Below the pieces are notes generated by a model, which saw only the letters and a list, made by a program, of their open reading frames with translations, did not search any database and was not told the DNA's origin. A stretch of 64,000 bases of DNA, taken from assembly GCA_963664405.1 (NCBI GenBank), contig OY761158.1:192001-256000 (forward strand), given 5' to 3'. A program made the translations under genes and the position numbers. Below, piece after piece: positions 59,377 to 64,000 of the stretch. The stretch's first letter is position 1. Every line of letters starts with the position of its first letter. The stretch comes from Thermoanaerobaculia bacterium (GTDB lineage: Bacteria; Acidobacteriota; Thermoanaerobaculia; Multivoradales; Multivoraceae).

Positions 59377-59621
59377 GAGTCGAAAGCCTGATCCAGAAAG
59401 CGATCGTGCTCTTCCGCGAGGGCGCCTTCTCCCGATCGGAAGGCACCGGCCAACTCTCGAGCTCGACGCGTCAGTTCGCCTCGATCAAAGGTTCGCTGTC
59501 GCGCCAAGTACTCGGTCACGCTCTCGCGGACCACGTCGGCCATCGAACGATCCACTTGGCGAGCATGCTCTTTGAGTGCCCGCGCCTGTTCTTCGGTCAG
59601 CTGGATCTGGGTTCGAATCAT
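59373..59621 (-). CDS. vapB: Ribbon-helix-helix antitoxin
   Basis: MIRTQIQL...Q...LK, SMA..VRE, HD..L; GTGA coupling to the toxin. Confidence 0.88.
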   Translation of the reverse strand: MIRTQIQLTEEQARALKEHARQVDRSMADVVRESVTEYLARQRTFDRGELTRRARELAGAFRSGEGALAEEHDRFLDQAFDS

Positions 59622-59653
59622 GCAGTCATGATAACAGTTTCAGGTGCATGATA
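59617..59653 (-). promoter_or_regulatory. vapBC promoter/operator
   Basis: ATCATG-N4-CATGAT palindrome over the start; CATGATA repeated 20 bp apart; TG-N-TATCAT 6 nt before ATG. Confidence 0.6.
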
Positions 59654-59701
59654 TCACTCAATTTCCGTCGAATGAGCGCGATCGGCCCGCCCGACGCCCC
59701 A

Positions 59702-59786
59702 CCACCACATTCGGCTGGCACCTCTACGGCTACGGCCGGCTACGGCCGGCCTGCCGGCCGGCAGGCGCCGGCCTTCTAATGTGTGG
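59702..59786. repeat. REP-like nested palindrome with a 10-bp tandem repeat
   Basis: (tacggccggc)x2, cctgccggccggcagg, outer arms cacatt..ggctggcacct / aggcgccggcc..aatgtg. Confidence 0.55.
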
Positions 59787-59865
59787 CACCTTCATTGGGG
59801 GCTGGCCGACAGGAAGTGAGTGGCAGTAAGATCGACATGCCTCGTATTCAGGGAGGTCTGACATC

Positions 59866-60573
59866 GTGATTACGCTTTACACCTTCGGTTCCAACTTCGG
59901 CCTGCCCGATCCCAGTCCCTTCTGCATGAAGGCGCTGGCACTCTTGAATATGTCGGGCCTCGACTACGAGACCGCACCCTGTGATCCGCGCAAGGCCCCC
60001 AAGGGGAAGGGTCCCTGGATGGACGACAATGGCACCGTCGTCCCCGACTCGACATTCATTCGCTGGCACCTCGAAGAGCATCACGGTGTCGACTTCGACG
60101 GTGCTCTGAGCGAAGAGCAGAAGAGCATGGCTTGGGCCCTCGAGAAGATGTGCGAAGACCATCTCTACTGGGCGATGGTGTATGAACGCTGGATCCTCGA
60201 CGAGAACTTCGACAAGGGGCCGCGCTCGTTCTTCGACATCGTTCCGGCACCGTTCCGCCCCTTGGTGGTGGCGAAAATCCGCCGCGACATCAGACGCGAC
60301 TTACACGGACAAGGTCTAGGGCGACATACCCACAACGAGATTCAGCGCCTCGCCATACGTGACCTCGACGTGCTCTCGAACTTCCTCGGTGACAAGCCCT
60401 ATCTGATGGGCGACTCGCCGTGCGGCGCGGATGCTGCCATCCACGGCGTCGTCAGCAGCATGCTTTGCGAGCTGTTCCAGACGCCGGTGCAGGCGGCCGC
60501 GGCGGCGCGGCCCAACCTGGTGGCGTTTCGAGATCGAGGGCTGGTCAAGTGGTTCCCGGGCTTCCCAGCCTAG
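59866..60573 (+). CDS. GST-like protein (metaxin/FAX-like)
   Basis: PDPSPFCMK, APKGK.PW, DSTFI, LGDKPYLMG; SD GGAGG. Confidence 0.9.
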   Translation: MITLYTFGSNFGLPDPSPFCMKALALLNMSGLDYETAPCDPRKAPKGKGPWMDDNGTVVPDSTFIRWHLEEHHGVDFDGALSEEQKSMAWALEKMCEDHLYWAMVYERWILDENFDKGPRSFFDIVPAPFRPLVVAKIRRDIRRDLHGQGLGRHTHNEIQRLAIRDLDVLSNFLGDKPYLMGDSPCGADAAIHGVVSSMLCELFQTPVQAAAAARPNLVAFRDRGLVKWFPGFPA

Positions 60574-60606
60574 AGGGCTGGAGTCGCGGACTGAGCTCGC
60601 TCCGTC

Positions 60607-63600
60607 CTACCAGGGATCGATATACGGGTACTTCTTCCCGGTCCGCGGCGGTGGTGGCGGCACGCGACGTAGGCTCTGGGCGATCCAGTCGCGTGTGTCC
60701 GCGGGGTCGATCACGTCGTCGATGCCGCCGCCTACGCTGGCGTTCACCGCCTTGGCGTTCTCGTAGGCTATTGCTACTCGGCGATCGAACTCCTGCGCTC
60801 GCTCTTCGGGGTCCTCGATCGCGGCGAGCTCGTTGCGGTAGCCGAGCTTCACCGACCCCTCGAGGTTCATGCCGGCAAACTCGGCCGTCGGCCATGCCAC
60901 GGTCATGAAACCGACCAGCGCACTCGCGCCACACATTGCTTGGACCCCGAGCCCGTACGACTTGCGCACGACTACGCCAAAGAGCGGTGTCGTCATGTTC
61001 GCGCCGACGTTGAACATCCGCACGCAGTGACGCACCAGCGCGGTGCGCTCGACGTCGGGCCCCACCATCATCCCTGGGCAGTCCATCAGGCTGAGTACCG
61101 GGATGTCGAAGGCGTCGCAGAGCTGGACGAAGCGTGCGCCCTTATCGGCGCCGTCGGAGTCGATGGCGCCGGCGAGGTGATGGGGGTTGTTGGCGATCAC
61201 GCCCATTGGCTTACCCTCGACCCGGATGAAGGCTGTGATGACGCCGACACCGAACTTCTCGCGGATCTCGAGCACCGAGTCCTTATCGGCAAGGGTGTGG
61301 ACGATCTCGCGCATGTCGTAGAGACGCAGCCGATTCTCCGGCACAGTGTGTCGCAGCCGCCGCTGGTCGTGCGCCTCCCAGTTCGAGATGGGGCCCTGGA
61401 AGTAGGAGAGGTACTTTTTGGCGACTTCGACTGCCTCCTCCTCGTCCTTCACCGCGATGTCCACCACCCCGTTCGGGACCTGGAAGGACATCGGCCCGAC
61501 CTCCTCTGGCGTGTAGATGCCGAGCCCACCTCCCTCGATCATCGCCGGGCCGCCCATCGCGATGGTGGTTGCCTCGGTGGCGATGATGACGTCACAGCAG
61601 GCCACCATCGCCGTGTTGCCGGCGAAGGTGCGGCCATTGACGACAGCGATCATCGGCACCAGCCCGCTGAGCTGGGAGAGGGTAGTGAATGTATGAGTGT
61701 CGAAGGCCACTCGCGGCCCGGTGTAGTCGTCTCCGGGACGGCCGCCGCCGCCCTCACCGAAGAGGACGAGCGGGAGGCGGAAGCGCTTAGCGAGCTCGTA
61801 CATGCGGTCCTGCTTGTAGTGGTTGCGCCCGCCCTGGGTGCCGGCCAGTACCGTGTAGTCGTAGTGCACCAAGATAGCCCGTGAGCGATCGTCCTCGAAG
61901 AGGTCACCGTTGATCGAGCAGGTGCCGGCGATGAGACCGTCGGTGGGCGTGTCGCGACGGAGTGTCTCCATGTCGTGGCGTTGGTGTTGGCGGGCCACGA
62001 CCAGAGGCCAGTACTCTTTGAACGAGCCCTCGTCGACCAGCTCGGCGATGTTCTCGCGCGGCATGCGGAAGCCGCGGGCACGGCGCTTCGCGACCGCCTC
62101 GTCGCGGTTCTCGTCGTAGATGTACGCGCGGCGCTCGTTGAGCTCCTGGAGGTCGCCACGGATGTGGTCGGGGTCGACCTCCTCGGCAGCCTCGAGCTCG
62201 CCAACGTCGACCTCCGCCTCCTCGATGAACACGATCGGGTAGCCCTCGCGAACCACGTCACCCACCGCCATCGTCACCATCCGGACGATGCCGTCGCGGT
62301 CGGCGGCGATGACATGCTCCATCTTCATCGCTTCGAGAACCGCGACCTGCTGGCCCTGGCGGACCTGGTCGTCCGCGGCGACGGCGAGCGAGACCAGGGT
62401 GCCCTGAATCGGGGCCACCAGTCCGACCGAGCCCTCGGGGCCGAGTTGCAACCCATCTTCACCGCCCTCCTCGTCCTCCTCTTCCTGCCGCGATTTGACC
62501 TCGGCGTCGTGCGTGAAGAGCGCCAGCGGGTCGCGCGTGTCGACCCTGGCACCGGCGAAACCGGTTGCGCGAGCGGACCCGCTGCGGCGGGCGTCACCGT
62601 ACGCAATCGGCGCCATCTCGATGTGCCGACGCGGCCTCTCGCTCACCGCGGCGAGGCGGGCAAGGTTGTCTTCGACCCAGCGCGTGTGCACCTGGCCGGC
62701 GAGGAAGTCCTCGTGGGCGAGGATGTTGTGCAGGAAAGGGATGTTGGTCTCAACGCCTTCGAGCCGGAACTCGCTCAGAGCGCGCGAGGTGCGCGTGATC
62801 GCGCCGGCGAAGTCCGGCGAGTGCGCGATCACCTTGGCGAGGAGCGAGTCATAGGCGCCGTTGGTTCGGTAGCCGGCGTAGCCAAAGCCATCGGTGCGCA
62901 CGCCTGGACCGCTCGGCGCCTCGTAGGCGGTGATGGTGCCGCCCGACGGTCGCACTGTGCCGTCCTCGTCGATCACCTCCATGTTCACGCGTGCCTGGAT
63001 CGCGGTTCCACGCGGCTTCGCGACCCGCGGATCGTCGAGCCCGAGGACCGCGAGCGACTCACCCGCGGCGAGCCGGATCTGGGCCTGGACGAGGTCCACT
63101 CCGGTCACCTCCTCGGTCACCGTGTGCTCGACCTGGAGCCTGGCGTTGGTCTCGATGAAGACGAAGGGCTCGGCGCCCTCCCGCCCGGAGACGTCGACGA
63201 GGAACTCGAAGGTCCCCAGGTTGCGGTAGCCGGCGCTTTTCGCGAAACGCACGGCGGCCTCGATGATCTGCTCCCGGAGCTCGTTCGCAAGGCCTGGCGC
63301 GGGCGCAATCTCGACCACCTTCTGGTAGCGCCGCTGGACGCTGCATTCGCGCTCGCCGAGGTGCGCCACCCCCCCAGCGGTGTCGCCCAGGACCTGCACC
63401 TCGATATGGCGCGCCCTGGGCACGAGCTCCTCGACGTAGATCTCCTCGCGCCCGAACGCCGCCCGCGCCTCGGACTGGCAGCGCTCGTAGGCGGACTCGA
63501 TGTCGCCGGCTCGAGTGACTGCACGGGTGCCGCGCCCGCCGCCGCCGGCGACCGCCTTCAGAATCATCGCCCCGCTCGTTCCGAGCGAGGCGAAGAACTC

Positions 63601-64000
63601 CTGCGCCTCTTCGAGGGTCACGCCATGGTCGAGCCCCCGCAGCACCGCAACATCGGCCGCGACCGCCGCCCTGCGGGCCTCTGCCTTGTCACCGAAGAGT
63701 TGGAGGTTCTCTACGCTCGGGCCGACGAAAGTGATACCGGCCTCCGCACATTGGCGGGCGAAGTCGGCGCGCTCGGCGAGGAAACCGTAACCGGGGTGGA
63801 TCGCGTCGCAGCCGCTCTCCCGCGCGGCCTCGATCACGGCATCCATATCCAGGTACGCCCGCGCCCCACCGCCCGGGAGCGCGTAGACGTCGTCGGTGAC
63901 GCGGCAGTGGAGGCTCTCGGCGTCGTCCTCGGAGTGGACCGCGACCGTGCGCATCCCCAAGTCTGCGGCGCCGCGCGCAATGCGGATGGCGATCTCGCCG
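60607..64000 (-). CDS. Single-chain acyl-CoA carboxylase (BC-BCCP-CT), 5' end beyond the window
   Basis: GEIAIR, HPGYGFL.E, GGGGRG, RLQVEH, EAMKM biotin site, GGGGRPGD, CPG.MVG. Confidence 0.93.
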   Translation of the reverse strand, partial: GEIAIRIARGAADLGMRTVAVHSEDDAESLHCRVTDDVYALPGGGARAYLDMDAVIEAARESGCDAIHPGYGFLAERADFARQCAEAGITFVGPSVENLQLFGDKAEARRAAVAADVAVLRGLDHGVTLEEAQEFFASLGTSGAMILKAVAGGGGRGTRAVTRAGDIESAYERCQSEARAAFGREEIYVEELVPRARHIEVQVLGDTAGGVAHLGERECSVQRRYQKVVEIAPAPGLANELREQIIEAAVRFAKSAGYRNLGTFEFLVDVSGREGAEPFVFIETNARLQVEHTVTEEVTGVDLVQAQIRLAAGESLAVLGLDDPRVAKPRGTAIQARVNMEVIDEDGTVRPSGGTITAYEAPSGPGVRTDGFGYAGYRTNGAYDSLLAKVIAHSPDFAGAITRTSRALSEFRLEGVETNIPFLHNILAHEDFLAGQVHTRWVEDNLARLAAVSERPRRHIEMAPIAYGDARRSGSARATGFAGARVDTRDPLALFTHDAEVKSRQEEEDEEGGEDGLQLGPEGSVGLVAPIQGTLVSLAVAADDQVRQGQQVAVLEAMKMEHVIAADRDGIVRMVTMAVGDVVREGYPIVFIEEAEVDVGELEAAEEVDPDHIRGDLQELNERRAYIYDENRDEAVAKRRARGFRMPRENIAELVDEGSFKEYWPLVVARQHQRHDMETLRRDTPTDGLIAGTCSINGDLFEDDRSRAILVHYDYTVLAGTQGGRNHYKQDRMYELAKRFRLPLVLFGEGGGGRPGDDYTGPRVAFDTHTFTTLSQLSGLVPMIAVVNGRTFAGNTAMVACCDVIIATEATTIAMGGPAMIEGGGLGIYTPEEVGPMSFQVPNGVVDIAVKDEEEAVEVAKKYLSYFQGPISNWEAHDQRRLRHTVPENRLRLYDMREIVHTLADKDSVLEIREKFGVGVITAFIRVEGKPMGVIANNPHHLAGAIDSDGADKGARFVQLCDAFDIPVLSLMDCPGMMVGPDVERTALVRHCVRMFNVGANMTTPLFGVVVRKSYGLGVQAMCGASALVGFMTVAWPTAEFAGMNLEGSVKLGYRNELAAIEDPEERAQEFDRRVAIAYENAKAVNASVGGGIDDVIDPADTRDWIAQSLRRVPPPPPRTGKKYPYIDPW

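Noticed and set aside
59724-59750. Short repeats as a possible CRISPR array
   Set aside because: 10-bp tandem units without spacers; no cas genes in the window.

Overview
GC-rich bacterial chromosomal window, about 55 genes. Gene content (secreted DinB, carboxypeptidase-regulatory/TPR protein, GT87/YfhO/GT-C cluster, STAS, orphan pilins) suggests Acidobacteriota, which is inference only. Housekeeping genes include lolC/E-like, PNP, cca, kynU-kynB, grxC, a 1-Cys Prx, an S1 paralog, argG, hemF, modABC, oppBC, MATE, vapBC and a partial single-chain acyl-CoA carboxylase. The standout is a metal-uptake locus on the minus strand (23384-27034). It begins with a His-rich, CxxC-containing exported leader ending in the ribosome-arrest motif RAPP. 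The RAPP/stop codons are complementary to the Shine-Dalgarno of the next gene across a two-hairpin intergenic RNA. Next come a ZnuA-like binding protein and a ZnuB-like permease fused in frame, through an internal signal peptide, to an outer-membrane beta-barrel-like domain. No ATPase gene is present. Also notable: an ECF sigma/anti-sigma/Spy-like operon with three RND subunits and one MFP. There are also three kinds of CTAG-bounded palindromic repeats sitting on TAG stop codons; one is inserted in frame into the signal peptide of a collapsed SBP-ATPase pseudogene. No rRNA, tRNA, CRISPR array or transposase was recognised. All calls come from reading motifs by eye; no database searches were run.
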